From: a virus
Taxonomy: Duplodnaviria > Caudoviricetes
Length of the DNA stretch: 49,318 bases
Virus record (IMG/VR): IMGVR_UViG_3300046789_000005
Location: 1-49,318 of that record
Direction: 5' to 3' (one strand)
Position numbers and translations under genes: made by a program. Of the stretch, positions 7,208-17,057 are shown one piece after another (position 1 is the first letter of the stretch; every line of letters starts with the position of its first letter). Below the pieces are notes generated by a model. It was not told the origin of the DNA, made no database searches, and saw nothing but the letters and a program-made list of their open reading frames with translations.

Positions 7208-9892
7208 ATGACACGCATGAAGCTCACGATCCAGCGGACGAGAAGGATTCGCATTGTCCGTAAGGACAGCGAGTACTGGTCAGCACATACGCACAGCCGC
7301 TACTCGGCAGGGGATGCGCTGCCATCCGTCGAAGACCTGGTTCGGCGTGCGAAGGAGCTGAGGTACCCAGCACTGGGGCTGACCGACCACGGGAACATGG
7401 CGGGGAGCATCCAGCTGTACCAGGAGTGTCAGAAGGCCGGGATCAAGCCGTTCCCCGGTACCGAGATCTATCTGGTCCACGACCGATCGAACCTGAAGGC
7501 GAAGCGCTATCACGCATGTGTACTGGCCTACTCGAACGAGGGCTACAAGAACCTGGTGCGGCTGAACACCCGTGCCCACCGGCAGTTCCACTACAAGCCC
7601 ATCCTCGACCTGGCAGATCTCGCTGAGATGTCGGAAGCAGGGGAGACCGGGGGTCTGGCCTTCCTGACCGGCTGCTACTTCGGCATGGTCGTGCAGACGC
7701 TGATCAACGACGGGCAGGACGTCGCGAAGGCCCTGGTCGCCTCCTTCGCTCAGTGGTTCCCGGGCAGCACCTACGTCGAGCTGCAGGCTCACCGGATCGA
7801 CCAGGAGCCCATGAGTGAGGCTGACATCCAGCATGGCCTGATCTGTATCGCTACCGACCTCGGGCTGCCGGTAGTGCTGACACAGGACAGCCACTACACA
7901 CACCAGGAGGACAAGGACCACCACGAGTCGCTGAAGCGTCTGGTGTCGTGGAGCCCGGATGCTGATGAGGCGGTGTTCCCGGGTGACGGCTTCCACATGG
8001 CAGACGAAGCGTGGATGCGAGCCCATCACGACACCTTCCTGGACTACGAAGCGGGTATCGCGGGGCTCAAGCACCTACTCGACAAGCACACGCTGACGAT
8101 TCCTCAGCTAGATGCCTACGAGTACAGGGTCCCGTTCACCAGCGCGGAGCCGCAACACGATCTGGCCCAGCGCTGTGTGAACAGGATGTTCGAGATGGGC
8201 CTGGACAAGCCCAGGTACCTGGAGCGGCTCAACGACGAACTGGCTGTGGTGGAGATCAGCCGCATGGCTGGCTACCTGATGCTGGTGTCCGAGGTGACCG
8301 ATCACTGCCGTGAGCAGGAGATCTTCTTCCAGTGCCGTGGGTCTGCTGCAGGCAGCCTGATCTGCTACCTGCTGGGCATCACGAACGTGGACCCGCTCAA
8401 GTGGAATCTGATGATGGAACGCTTCCTGTCCAAGGACCGGACCAAGCCTCCTGACATCGATCTGGACATCGAGTCCACCCGTCGCCTGGAACTCCTGGAC
8501 TGGCTGTCCACCCGCTTCGCCACGATGCAGATCGGCAACTGGCTGACCTACTCCATGGCTGGTGGTGAGGACGGCAAGGGCTCGCTTCGGGTGCGGCTGT
8601 TCTCCTCCCTGCGCAAGCAAGGTGTGGATGAGCCGAAGTGGGAGAACGTGGACGCACCCACCAGGAAGGAACTGCACCTGCTGTCGGACATGGGCCTGAT
8701 CAGTGGGCCTGGGGTGCACGCCGCTGGTGTGCTGCTGACTTCCACGAAGACCGAGCTCGAAGACCTGGTGCCGGAGATGTACATCGCCAGCAGCGAGACG
8801 TTCGTGAGTCAGTACGACATGCACGACGTGGAGAAGCTGGGCCTGGTCAAGCTGGACGTGCTGGGCCTCAAGACGATGAGTGTGCTGCGCCAGACGATCC
8901 TCAACCTGGGCCTGGAGCCGAAGGATGGGCTGGACTTCATCCCCACCAACGACACCAAGACGTTCACCATGCTGGCCAAGGGAGACACCGCTGGGGTGTT
9001 CCAGCTAGAGGGTGGAACCGCAGCCAGGGGTATGCGGGAGCTGCGGCCCACCACCATCAAGGATGTCATCGCCTCGATGGCTCTGTACCGGCCAGCCACC
9101 ATGCAGTCTGGTGCCACGGAGTCCTACGTCGAGCGCAAGCACGGCAAGGCTCGACCGGTGCGGCACCCGATCATCGAGGCCCACACCAAGGACACCCAGG
9201 GCATCCTGCTGTATCAGGAGCAGGTGATCGCGGTACTACGAGACCTGGGGCTGGACCCTGATGACCTGACGGCCTTCCTCAAGGCGGTCAAGGCCTCCAA
9301 CGGCAACATCGGAGACGCGGCGGGTGTCATCAAGGTGATGCTCGTGGATATCAAGGAGCGCTGTGCAGCTGCTGGCATGGATGGACGAGATGTCGAGTGG
9401 CTGGAACGCGCTCTGGAGGCCTACGCGGGATACGGCTTCAACGCTGCTCACGCCACTGTCTACGGGCTCACGGCCTACCGGTGTGCCTGGCTGGCTCGCA
9501 ACCATCCAGTGGAGTTCCACGCTGCCCTGCTCGCAGTCGCCGCAGGCTCGCCCAAAGAGCCCATGTACGTGCGAGCGACGAAGCATCGGGGGGTGCGCGT
9601 TCTGCGGGCGGACGTGAACCGCTCGGGGATCAGCTACCAGATGGACCCAGGAGGCAAGGCCGTACGCCGTGGCCTGCTGGCGATCAAGGGCATCGGCATC
9701 AAGGCAGCCGAGGCGATCACCACCGCCCAGCCCTTCACCGACCTGGCGGACTTCACCAGCAGGGTGAACCCGCGTCAGGTCACCGGCATCAAGGACATGG
9801 CCAAGACGGGCATCACCGAGACCATGATCGGCACCGTAGCCAAGCTCTACGACGCCGGAGCACTCAACTCTCTCCTGGAGGAACAGACATGA
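7208..9892 (+). CDS. dnaE: DNA polymerase III alpha subunit (family C)
   Basis: PHP motifs HTHSRYS and LTDHGN; RGSAAGSL; catalytic PDIDLD; KLDVLGL; GVFQLE; YGFNAAHA; HhH AIKGIG. Confidence 0.95.
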   Translation: MTRMKLTIQRTRRIRIVRKDSEYWSAHTHSRYSAGDALPSVEDLVRRAKELRYPALGLTDHGNMAGSIQLYQECQKAGIKPFPGTEIYLVHDRSNLKAKRYHACVLAYSNEGYKNLVRLNTRAHRQFHYKPILDLADLAEMSEAGETGGLAFLTGCYFGMVVQTLINDGQDVAKALVASFAQWFPGSTYVELQAHRIDQEPMSEADIQHGLICIATDLGLPVVLTQDSHYTHQEDKDHHESLKRLVSWSPDADEAVFPGDGFHMADEAWMRAHHDTFLDYEAGIAGLKHLLDKHTLTIPQLDAYEYRVPFTSAEPQHDLAQRCVNRMFEMGLDKPRYLERLNDELAVVEISRMAGYLMLVSEVTDHCREQEIFFQCRGSAAGSLICYLLGITNVDPLKWNLMMERFLSKDRTKPPDIDLDIESTRRLELLDWLSTRFATMQIGNWLTYSMAGGEDGKGSLRVRLFSSLRKQGVDEPKWENVDAPTRKELHLLSDMGLISGPGVHAAGVLLTSTKTELEDLVPEMYIASSETFVSQYDMHDVEKLGLVKLDVLGLKTMSVLRQTILNLGLEPKDGLDFIPTNDTKTFTMLAKGDTAGVFQLEGGTAARGMRELRPTTIKDVIASMALYRPATMQSGATESYVERKHGKARPVRHPIIEAHTKDTQGILLYQEQVIAVLRDLGLDPDDLTAFLKAVKASNGNIGDAAGVIKVMLVDIKERCAAAGMDGRDVEWLERALEAYAGYGFNAAHATVYGLTAYRCAWLARNHPVEFHAALLAVAAGSPKEPMYVRATKHRGVRVLRADVNRSGISYQMDPGGKAVRRGLLAIKGIGIKAAEAITTAQPFTDLADFTSRVNPRQVTGIKDMAKTGITETMIGTVAKLYDAGALNSLLEEQT

Positions 9893-10305
9893 CCAAGCAG
9901 TTCGTGTGTGACGTGTGCGGCGAGCCGTACGACCTGGATACCCCGCACATCGAGATCACCATCCAGGAAGGGATGGACACATCCATCCCCGAGGGCACCT
10001 GGGACATCTGCTCCATGGAGTGCATGGAGACCCTGCTGGGATTCGAGAGGGAAGACGACAACGCTCCTGCCATCGAGGACTTCAAGCAGGCACTGTCTGC
10101 GGTGGGCATCTCTGGTGCACGCATCGTGGATGACGCGCACGAGCAGCAGATCGTGATCGACCGGCAGGACCGTGAGTACGCCAAGGAGGTGGAGGACGCA
10201 GGTACCGGGGTGTACTTCCCCGAGGGCATGCGAGTGGATGGGCGTGATGCCAGCCAGATCCGCCCCAGGGTGCCCAAGATCCGCATGGTCAGAGATGACG
10301 GCTGA
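9889..10305 (+). CDS. Zn-binding hypothetical protein
   Basis: CDVC...CSMEC; ATGA coupling to dnaE. Confidence 0.7.
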   Translation: MTKQFVCDVCGEPYDLDTPHIEITIQEGMDTSIPEGTWDICSMECMETLLGFEREDDNAPAIEDFKQALSAVGISGARIVDDAHEQQIVIDRQDREYAKEVEDAGTGVYFPEGMRVDGRDASQIRPRVPKIRMVRDDG

Positions 10306-10319
10306 AGGAGACTGGAGTC

Positions 10320-10535
10320 ATGACAGAGAGCCCGGAGTACAAGGCACTGCTCGGTGAGGACGACTACATCCAGATCGAGGAGCCAGAAGATCTGGATGAG
10401 GACAGCTACGAGGACGAGCACGAGAAGTCCGACGTGGGTGGCCCTGGCGGGATCATCAACTACCCGGAGGAGACCCACCCCGAGGGCTGGCAGTACATCG
10501 AGGGCGAGAGCTCTCCCCCTGTGGAGGACATCTGA
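10320..10535 (+). CDS. small acidic protein
   Basis: 71 aa, very D/E-rich, GGAG RBS. Confidence 0.65.
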   Translation: MTESPEYKALLGEDDYIQIEEPEDLDEDSYEDEHEKSDVGGPGGIINYPEETHPEGWQYIEGESSPPVEDI

Positions 10536-11494
10536 TGGCCATCTACCCCGGTGCGAGCGTGCGCCTGATCGACATCGGCTACCTGTCCGGTCTGCGCATG
10601 GCGACCTACAACCGCGTCAACCTGCACGTGGCGGCGGGGTACGGCAGCCTGGCGGGCTTCTTCAACCAGCCTCGTAGGGCGTCCTCGCACTTCTGGGTGG
10701 CCAAGAGCGGCCTGGTGGAGCAGTACGTGGACACCAGCCTGCGTGCCGAGGCAGACCTGCACGGGAACGATGCCACGGTGTCCATCGAGACCGAGTCCAA
10801 GGGCGAGCCATGGACCGAGGCGCAGGTGGTGGCGATCATCAACCTCGTCGGCTGGATCTGCGACACCCACCACATCCCCAAGCAGCTGGCTCAGAACAGC
10901 CAGGTGGGCCCGACGTCCAAGGGCATCAGCTGGCACCGCCTGGGCATCGATGGCAACTTCCCGCCCCTGCCCTCTCGGTACGCAGGGCGCCTACAGCGTG
11001 GTGGTGGCATGCAGTACAGCCTCTCCCGGGGCAAGACCTGCCCGGTGGAGGGGCCCATCGATCAGATCTACGACCGCATCGGTCCCGGCGTGGCTGGTGG
11101 CTCTCCGCAGCCTGTACCGCCCAACCCTGTGCCGGTACCCACCCCGCCTACCCCGGGCAACATCGCCACGGACGGCATGTGGGGTGCCGCCACCACGACC
11201 AAGGCACAGCGGGTACTGGGCACGCCCATCGACGGCGAGGTCTGGTACCAGTACAAGCCCAACGCCCAGCCCGCCTGGACCACCGGGTGGAAGTACAACT
11301 ACGAGAAGGGCAAGGGCTCCGCGCTGATCGCTGCGATGCAGCGGGGCATGGGCATCCCTGATGACGGAGTGGCCGGGGACCAGTTCATCCGCGCCTTCCA
11401 GAAGCGCATGGGCACCACAGTGGATGGCGAACTCTGGGCCAACTCCCCAGCCGTGAAGGAGTTCCAGCGCCGACTGAACAACGGCACCTGGTGA
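10535..11494 (+). CDS. endolysin (amidase + peptidoglycan-binding repeats)
   Basis: NLHV, ASSHFWV, SIETE, SWH, KTCP amidase motifs; Pro-rich linker; DGxWG repeats. Confidence 0.88.
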   Translation: MAIYPGASVRLIDIGYLSGLRMATYNRVNLHVAAGYGSLAGFFNQPRRASSHFWVAKSGLVEQYVDTSLRAEADLHGNDATVSIETESKGEPWTEAQVVAIINLVGWICDTHHIPKQLAQNSQVGPTSKGISWHRLGIDGNFPPLPSRYAGRLQRGGGMQYSLSRGKTCPVEGPIDQIYDRIGPGVAGGSPQPVPPNPVPVPTPPTPGNIATDGMWGAATTTKAQRVLGTPIDGEVWYQYKPNAQPAWTTGWKYNYEKGKGSALIAAMQRGMGIPDDGVAGDQFIRAFQKRMGTTVDGELWANSPAVKEFQRRLNNGTW

Positions 11495-11880
11495 CCAGAG
11501 AAGATGTAGTCGTCCGGTCCGGGGGCAGATGCGAAGCGATGGTCGCTCTCCCCCGGACCTGGACCCGGTGTGGTCGCCCCGTGATCGAGGTGCACCACAT
11601 GCTCAAGCGCAGTCGGGGAGGAGCCCTTCTCGACCCCTACGAGATCTACCACCTCATCGCGCTCTGCCATCAGCACCATCGCTACGCAGAGACCAGCGGA
11701 GATGAGACAGGACTGCTGATCGATGGCTACGTCATCACGGACAGCATCACAGGACGCCCGGTCTACACAGGATCAGACCCCTACCTCAGTGCCACGTACG
11801 GTCCCGAAGCACCAGTGTCAGTGGTGCCTGAGAGTGTTCGGTACGGACTGGGTGGGCCAGGACCACGAGAGGAAGTGTGA
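11491..11880 (+). CDS. HNH endonuclease family protein
   Basis: RSGGRCE, EVHH..RSRGG, LCHQHH. Confidence 0.75.
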   Translation: MTREDVVVRSGGRCEAMVALPRTWTRCGRPVIEVHHMLKRSRGGALLDPYEIYHLIALCHQHHRYAETSGDETGLLIDGYVITDSITGRPVYTGSDPYLSATYGPEAPVSVVPESVRYGLGGPGPREEV

Positions 11881-11889
11881 GTTGAGACC

Positions 11890-12675
11890 GTGAGACTTGC
11901 CGATGTGGCCAAGCGCCAGAAGGGCGACTACTGGGTCACCCAGAGGTACTACGACTACGTCACTGGTCCACGCAACCTGGAGAAGGAGCGAGACGCTCTC
12001 CAGATCATCATGACCCGTCCTCCGAGGGTCAGGATCAACACCTACTCGGCTAGTGGTGCCGGACGGTGTCTGCGTGAACGACAGCTGGCGTACATCGGCG
12101 CGAAGAAGCTCCTGATCGACGAGCGCAGCGCCAACATCTTCGCCAACGGGGACTACGTGCACCTGAGACATCAGGTAGCGGGGCTCATCAACGGGTACAT
12201 CACCCAAGCCGAGGTGCCGGTCCGCAACGACCAGTACAACCTCACCGGCACGATGGACGGTCTGCTCTCCAACGGCGAAGGCCTGGAGATCAAGTCCATC
12301 AACACCCGGGGCTTCGAGGAGATCAGCTCGTTCGGGCCCAAGCACGATCACCGCTTCCAGATCCACAGCTACATGCTGGCGGCCGACCTGGAAGCGTTCC
12401 ACCTCGTCTACGAGAACAAGAACGACCAGCGGATCAAGGAGTTCCTAGTCACCCGTGATGAGGCGACCATCGCCAAGGTCATCGAGGAACTGGAGCAACT
12501 CCAAGCCGCCGAAGAGGCTCACGCACTCCTGCCGATGCTGCCGGACTGCGTCATCCAGACAGGGAGTACCTACTCGTGGTGTCAGTACAAGAAGAGCTGC
12601 CCCGTCGCAAAGTTCACATCACCCGGGGAGCGGAAGCCGCCCATCCAGATTCGGTCCAGCACTCACTCCGGCTGA
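11890..12675 (+). CDS. Cas4-like PD-(D/E)XK exonuclease
   Basis: SASGAGRCLR, GTMDG, LEIKS, QIHSYM, C-terminal C..CQYKKSC. Confidence 0.8.
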   Translation: MRLADVAKRQKGDYWVTQRYYDYVTGPRNLEKERDALQIIMTRPPRVRINTYSASGAGRCLRERQLAYIGAKKLLIDERSANIFANGDYVHLRHQVAGLINGYITQAEVPVRNDQYNLTGTMDGLLSNGEGLEIKSINTRGFEEISSFGPKHDHRFQIHSYMLAADLEAFHLVYENKNDQRIKEFLVTRDEATIAKVIEELEQLQAAEEAHALLPMLPDCVIQTGSTYSWCQYKKSCPVAKFTSPGERKPPIQIRSSTHSG

Positions 12676-13019
12676 TCGCCGTGGTCCTGCAACAGGGGCT
12701 GCCGGAGCCCTAGGAGATCTACACCGAGCTGGGTGAGTACACCGAGATCCTGCTGGGCCGGATGGACTCACCACTGTTCTCGCCATACCTGGACCTGATG
12801 GAGGTGGCCACCGCGTACTACGCGCGGGCCATGGAGCTGACCATGCTCATCCACCACCAGGAGCGCGAGCACCACTCCCGCGAGTACACCGCGATTCGCA
12901 CTGGCGTACTGAGAGACTTCAGCGAGATGGCCAAGCGTCTGGCTGATCTGGGCAGCCGCAGGCTCTCACAGGAAGACCTTCTGTCCAGGCAACGTCGTGA
13001 CGCGGGAGAAGCGCTGTGA
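12576..13019 (+). CDS. hypothetical protein with in-frame TAG at 12711 (ORF track calls only 12762-13019)
   Basis: GTG after AGGGAG; frame open and coding-like on both sides of a single TAG. Confidence 0.5.
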
Positions 13020-13210
13020 ACGAGGATCAAGCTGCCATAGCCCTGGGCGAGTTCTTCGGAGACGGGTTCAGACCAGTCAGCTTCATCGTCAGCAACGGAC
13101 TGGAGGGCTTCTGGTACCACGACAGCAACGGCAAGCTCACCAAGCGGCTGAACGACAGCGAGATCGAGTCCCTGCTGTACCTCATGGACATCTACGTGAA
13201 CGGAGAGTGA
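13016..13210 (+). CDS. hypothetical protein
   Basis: 64-aa ORF coupled at both ends. Confidence 0.65.
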   Translation: MNEDQAAIALGEFFGDGFRPVSFIVSNGLEGFWYHDSNGKLTKRLNDSEIESLLYLMDIYVNGE

Positions 13211-13692
13211 TGATCGGCATCGACTTGGGCATGCGCAAGGTCGACATGGTTGACATCGATTTGGGCATCTTCTTGCACTACGAGGTGCCCAAAACAGAGA
13301 GAACAGTCGAGCTACGAGCTCTGGCGGGGTACCTTCGATCTCTAGAAGACGATGGTCTTCTGGAGGGTACGAAGTGGGTTGAGGCTCCAGTCGTCGCAGG
13401 CGCGCGAAATATCCAGTCCACCATCGCTATCGCGCAGACGTCCGGTGTCGTGCATGCGTGTCTGTCAGACACCCACCAAGTAGCGGTCGCCTCCTGGAAG
13501 AAGCGAACGGTGGGAAGTGGCAATGCTGACAAGGCTGCCGTCAAGCAATGGCTGGCAGACACTCATCCCGACTTCTACCGACTCTGCAGAGAGTCCCAGG
13601 ACCTCATCGACGCCACCTGCATCGCCCTCTACGGCAGAGAGCAAGCCTATGCAGCCGGACTACTTCGAGGTCTTCCCAGTACATCCGGGTGA
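13210..13692 (+). CDS. ruvC: RuvC-like Holliday junction resolvase
   Basis: IGIDLG, WVEAP, WKK..VGSGNADK, DATCIA. Confidence 0.8.
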   Translation: MIGIDLGMRKVDMVDIDLGIFLHYEVPKTERTVELRALAGYLRSLEDDGLLEGTKWVEAPVVAGARNIQSTIAIAQTSGVVHACLSDTHQVAVASWKKRTVGSGNADKAAVKQWLADTHPDFYRLCRESQDLIDATCIALYGREQAYAAGLLRGLPSTSG

Positions 13693-14026
13693 CCGGTACG
13701 TCACCTATCAGATGTGGGACCTCTACCCTGACTGGCACCGCGACGCAGCGTGCCTGGGGCAAGAGGACCAGCTGTTCTTCGGAGCTTCCGAACCAGACAT
13801 CAGGCCCCCGTACAACCTTGGCGACATCAAGAAGGCCAAGACCTTGTGCGGGGGTTGTCCTGTGTCTGCCATCTGCCTGCGCACGGCGTTGGAGAATCGG
13901 GAGGAGTACGGCGTGTGGGCGGGTACGACGCGCAAGCAGCGCAAGAGGATGCTCCACGCCATCGATGCTGGCGTCACCAACATCGACACCCTGGTCGTGG
14001 CGTACGAGGAGTACCGCAGTGCCTGA
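13649..14026 (+). CDS. whiB: WhiB-family transcription factor
   Basis: W..AAC, FF, CGGCPV..C, YGVWAG. Confidence 0.9.
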   Translation: MQPDYFEVFPVHPGDRYVTYQMWDLYPDWHRDAACLGQEDQLFFGASEPDIRPPYNLGDIKKAKTLCGGCPVSAICLRTALENREEYGVWAGTTRKQRKRMLHAIDAGVTNIDTLVVAYEEYRSA

Positions 14027-14525
14027 GATGATCGCCTACAACGCAGACATGGTGGCGCAGAAGATCTACCACATGCGCCAGATCGGCATGGACTGGGCCG
14101 AGGTGCAGGAGCACCTGGTGGCTCACAACTACGTGGAGAGTGCACCCAGCGTCGATGAGCTGCGCCTGATACTGCGTCAGTACACGCTCTCGATGGCCAC
14201 CTACATGGGTGCCGGGGACCGAGAGCTTCTGCTGGCGATGGAGCTGAGCAGGCTCGACAAGCTCCAGTCCGCCTACTTCGTGCAGGCCACCGAAGGTGAC
14301 CTGAGAGCAGCCCAGATGGTGCTGAACATCATGGTGCAGCGGGCCAAGTTCACCGGCATGGATCAGCTCAACGTGCAGGACAAGCAGGTGCTCGCCTCGG
14401 TGCTCATCGTGGGTGGCGACCGCAGGGCCTACATCGAGGCTCTGGAGACTGGACGCGCTCAGCTCATGGCTGGCCAGCTACCCGATGATGAGGATGAGCT
14501 GGAAGGAGAGGGCCTTGAGCGCTAG
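14019..14525 (+). CDS. putative terminase small subunit
   Basis: HTH-like N-terminus and ELSRLDKLQ...GDLRAAQMVLNIMVQRAKFTGMD; upstream of TerL. Confidence 0.55.
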   Translation: MPEMIAYNADMVAQKIYHMRQIGMDWAEVQEHLVAHNYVESAPSVDELRLILRQYTLSMATYMGAGDRELLLAMELSRLDKLQSAYFVQATEGDLRAAQMVLNIMVQRAKFTGMDQLNVQDKQVLASVLIVGGDRRAYIEALETGRAQLMAGQLPDDEDELEGEGLER

Positions 14526-14907
14526 TGCTCAGTGTGACTTCGTCATCGATCAGAATGCCGACTTCATCGCAGAGATCTACTGGACGGACTACAACAACGT
14601 CCCGATCTCCGTGGTGTCACCGATCAGGATGGAGATCCGCAACGGTAGCGGGCAGCTGGAGGCTGAGCTCATCTACGACGGTGACGTTCCCGATGGCCAG
14701 GTCCCGCCCTCGATCACGTTCAACCAGGACTCTGGGCTGATCCAGCTCATGATGCCTTCCACGCAGACCGATGCCATGCATCCCGGGATGTTCTACTACG
14801 ACCTGTACGTGACGTACTCCGATGCCCAGAACAGCATGACGCTGCGTCAGCACAGACTGCTCTGGGGCACGGTCGAAGTGCGCGGGAAGGTGACACGCCA
14901 TGTCTAG
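14515..14907 (+). CDS. virion protein, BppU/fibre-adaptor-like
   Basis: IDQNADF...YYDL...RLLWGTVEV; precedes collagen fibre; TTG start after AAGGAG. Confidence 0.6.
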   Translation: MSASAQCDFVIDQNADFIAEIYWTDYNNVPISVVSPIRMEIRNGSGQLEAELIYDGDVPDGQVPPSITFNQDSGLIQLMMPSTQTDAMHPGMFYYDLYVTYSDAQNSMTLRQHRLLWGTVEVRGKVTRHV

Positions 14908-15607
14908 TTCGGTCATCCGGGTGTCCACGGGGGACACCATCCAGGTGCGGACGGGGGTGCTGCAGGGGATCGGACCCGTAGGGCCCACCGGTCCTACTGG
15001 TCCTCAGGGGGCGACAGGCCCGCAGGGCATCCAGGGAGACCGAGGACCCACCGGGTCCACCGGCGAGTACGCCACCTCTGTCACCAACGGCACACTGCAG
15101 TCCATCGCCACAGCCACCTGGACCCCGGTGGTCTTCGACACCGTAGGGCTGGACGACTACAGCGCCGTGAAGTCGACCACCAACTTCCAGCCTGGTGTGG
15201 GCATGTGGTACCTGTCCGGGTACTTCAGCATCACCAAGCAGGCAGGCAACGCCGTGGGTGCACGCGGCATCCGCATCGTCACCTCGGCACCGTCAGCCAC
15301 CACCATCGCGGGCAGCAACTGCACAGCAGCGCCGTCCATCGCCACCGAGCTGACCATCGGCACAGCGTTCCGGATCACCGATCCAGCCGTCGTCATCCAA
15401 CTGCACGCGTACCACGCGGAGGGCGCCACCCTGCAGGTGCAGAGCGCACGCTTCTGGCTGAGCAAGATCGGTAGTGGTCCGCAGGGTGTGCAAGGCATCC
15501 AGGGTGTGCAGGGCAACATCGGTCCTGCTGGCCCCACTGGTCCTACGGGTCCTGCTGGTGCTGGTGCCAACGCCACCACGACGTTCGCTCAGATCGCAGC
15601 GAGCTAA
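14900..15607 (+). CDS. collagen-like fibre/minor virion protein
   Basis: Gly-X-Y runs flanking a beta-rich, C1q-like core. Confidence 0.75.
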   Translation: MSSSVIRVSTGDTIQVRTGVLQGIGPVGPTGPTGPQGATGPQGIQGDRGPTGSTGEYATSVTNGTLQSIATATWTPVVFDTVGLDDYSAVKSTTNFQPGVGMWYLSGYFSITKQAGNAVGARGIRIVTSAPSATTIAGSNCTAAPSIATELTIGTAFRITDPAVVIQLHAYHAEGATLQVQSARFWLSKIGSGPQGVQGIQGVQGNIGPAGPTGPTGPAGAGANATTTFAQIAAS

Positions 15608-15617
15608 GGAGACCGGC

Positions 15618-15953
15618 ATGGCCACGCTCACCACACCGAACCTGGGTCTGCCGTACCCCAACAGCGCAGAGCTGCTCAAGGACGTGCCCGCGTTCATCCA
15701 GACCATCGCGCTGGCTCTGGACAAGGGCAAGGTGCTGCCCACCTTCGCCAGCGTGGGTGCACGCACCACGGGCATCCCCTCGCCGGTGGTCGGTGCACTG
15801 ACCTGGATGACTGACCTCACACCGATGGCGCGTCTGGAGATCTGGGACGGGTCGACCTGGAAGCGTGTGTACCCACCGATCACCCAGGTGGGTTCGGGTA
15901 GCGCAGCACCCACTGGCACCGCTGAGGCTGGCCAGCTGTACATCCAGACATAG
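15618..15953 (+). CDS. minor virion/fibre protein
   Basis: TTPNLGLPYP N-terminus, WDGSTW, GQLYIQ C-terminus; AAGGAG RBS. Confidence 0.7.
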   Translation: MATLTTPNLGLPYPNSAELLKDVPAFIQTIALALDKGKVLPTFASVGARTTGIPSPVVGALTWMTDLTPMARLEIWDGSTWKRVYPPITQVGSGSAAPTGTAEAGQLYIQT

Positions 15954-15961
15954 GAGAGCTG

Positions 15962-17038
15962 ATGGGCACCATCTGGACTGGTCAGCTCGATGGCACGTGG
16001 AAGGCCGGTGGCAACCCCCTGGTGGGTACCACCACTGGCTTCGTGCCTGGGCGCTTCATCTGGCGTCACAACGGCACGACATGGGTACAGGTGTGGGCAC
16101 GGGACACCACACCACCTGCCACGCCTACCGTGACGCTGGCCATCGTGGGTGGCACCAAGAACGTGGTGGCCGTCACGGTGAAGCACGGCGCTGTGCTGCC
16201 CATCACGCGCACGGTGGTCAAGGTGGCCTGGGATGGCAACTGGCCATCCAACCCGGGCACGGTGGATGGCTACTACTTCGCACAGACCACTGCGGGCGGT
16301 GCTGGTGGTCCCGAGGAGTGGAGCGAGTTCTGGAAGGGCTACACCAACCTGCCTGCCAACATCTCGGGCACCAAGAACATCCCCGCCAGCTACCAGACGT
16401 TCTCCATCCCACTGAGCACAGCGGTGCGTGTGCAGGCGTGGGCCCAAGACGACTTCTACAACTGGTCAAGCGGTGGTACCGCATCGATCTACACGCTGGC
16501 GCCTGACCCGCCTGCCCCTGTGCTGCGTGAGGTGGCCGCTGCGTTCAACTGCAGTGATGCCGGGGAGTGGTCCACCAACAACAACTACTGGACGTCCTCG
16601 GGCAACTCCAACGGCTATGGCTCACAGGGCGGCAACTACGCCCTGGAGGGCTACTGGTTCTACAACGGCCAGGTGGCAGGCAACCTGCCCAACATGGTCA
16701 ACGGCCTAGAGGTGCGCGCCTACATCTACCGCGTGAACAGCTCGCACGGTGTCAGTGGCGCAGCCCTGGTGCGTCCTGGTGTGCACCGTGCAGCGAGCAA
16801 GCCTGGTAGTGGTCCGGGCATCGCTTCACTGTGGGGTGGTGGCATCAACCTCACGCGTGGTCAGGGTGACTGGTACGCCCTGAACACCGGCTGGATGAGT
16901 GAGATGAAGGGCGGCACCATCTGTGGCCTGGCCATCGGTGGAGTGGGCTACACCTCGTACTCATCTGCTTCGTACGCAGTGTGCTACGGCCGAGGCACCA
17001 CAGGTGGCCAGTGGTACATGCGTTGGCAGCAGTACTGA
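15962..17038 (+). CDS. minor tail/receptor-binding-like protein
   Basis: Gly/Trp/Thr-rich, DTTPP linker, YGSQGG..GYWFYNG segment. Confidence 0.65.
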   Translation: MGTIWTGQLDGTWKAGGNPLVGTTTGFVPGRFIWRHNGTTWVQVWARDTTPPATPTVTLAIVGGTKNVVAVTVKHGAVLPITRTVVKVAWDGNWPSNPGTVDGYYFAQTTAGGAGGPEEWSEFWKGYTNLPANISGTKNIPASYQTFSIPLSTAVRVQAWAQDDFYNWSSGGTASIYTLAPDPPAPVLREVAAAFNCSDAGEWSTNNNYWTSSGNSNGYGSQGGNYALEGYWFYNGQVAGNLPNMVNGLEVRAYIYRVNSSHGVSGAALVRPGVHRAASKPGSGPGIASLWGGGINLTRGQGDWYALNTGWMSEMKGGTICGLAIGGVGYTSYSSASYAVCYGRGTTGGQWYMRWQQY

Positions 17039-17057
17039 TATGTAGTACTGTCGAACT

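Noticed and set aside
11890-12675. Cas4-like gene as a sign of CRISPR-Cas
   Set aside because: No repeat-spacer array or other cas genes seen; solo Cas4-like nucleases are common in phage replication modules
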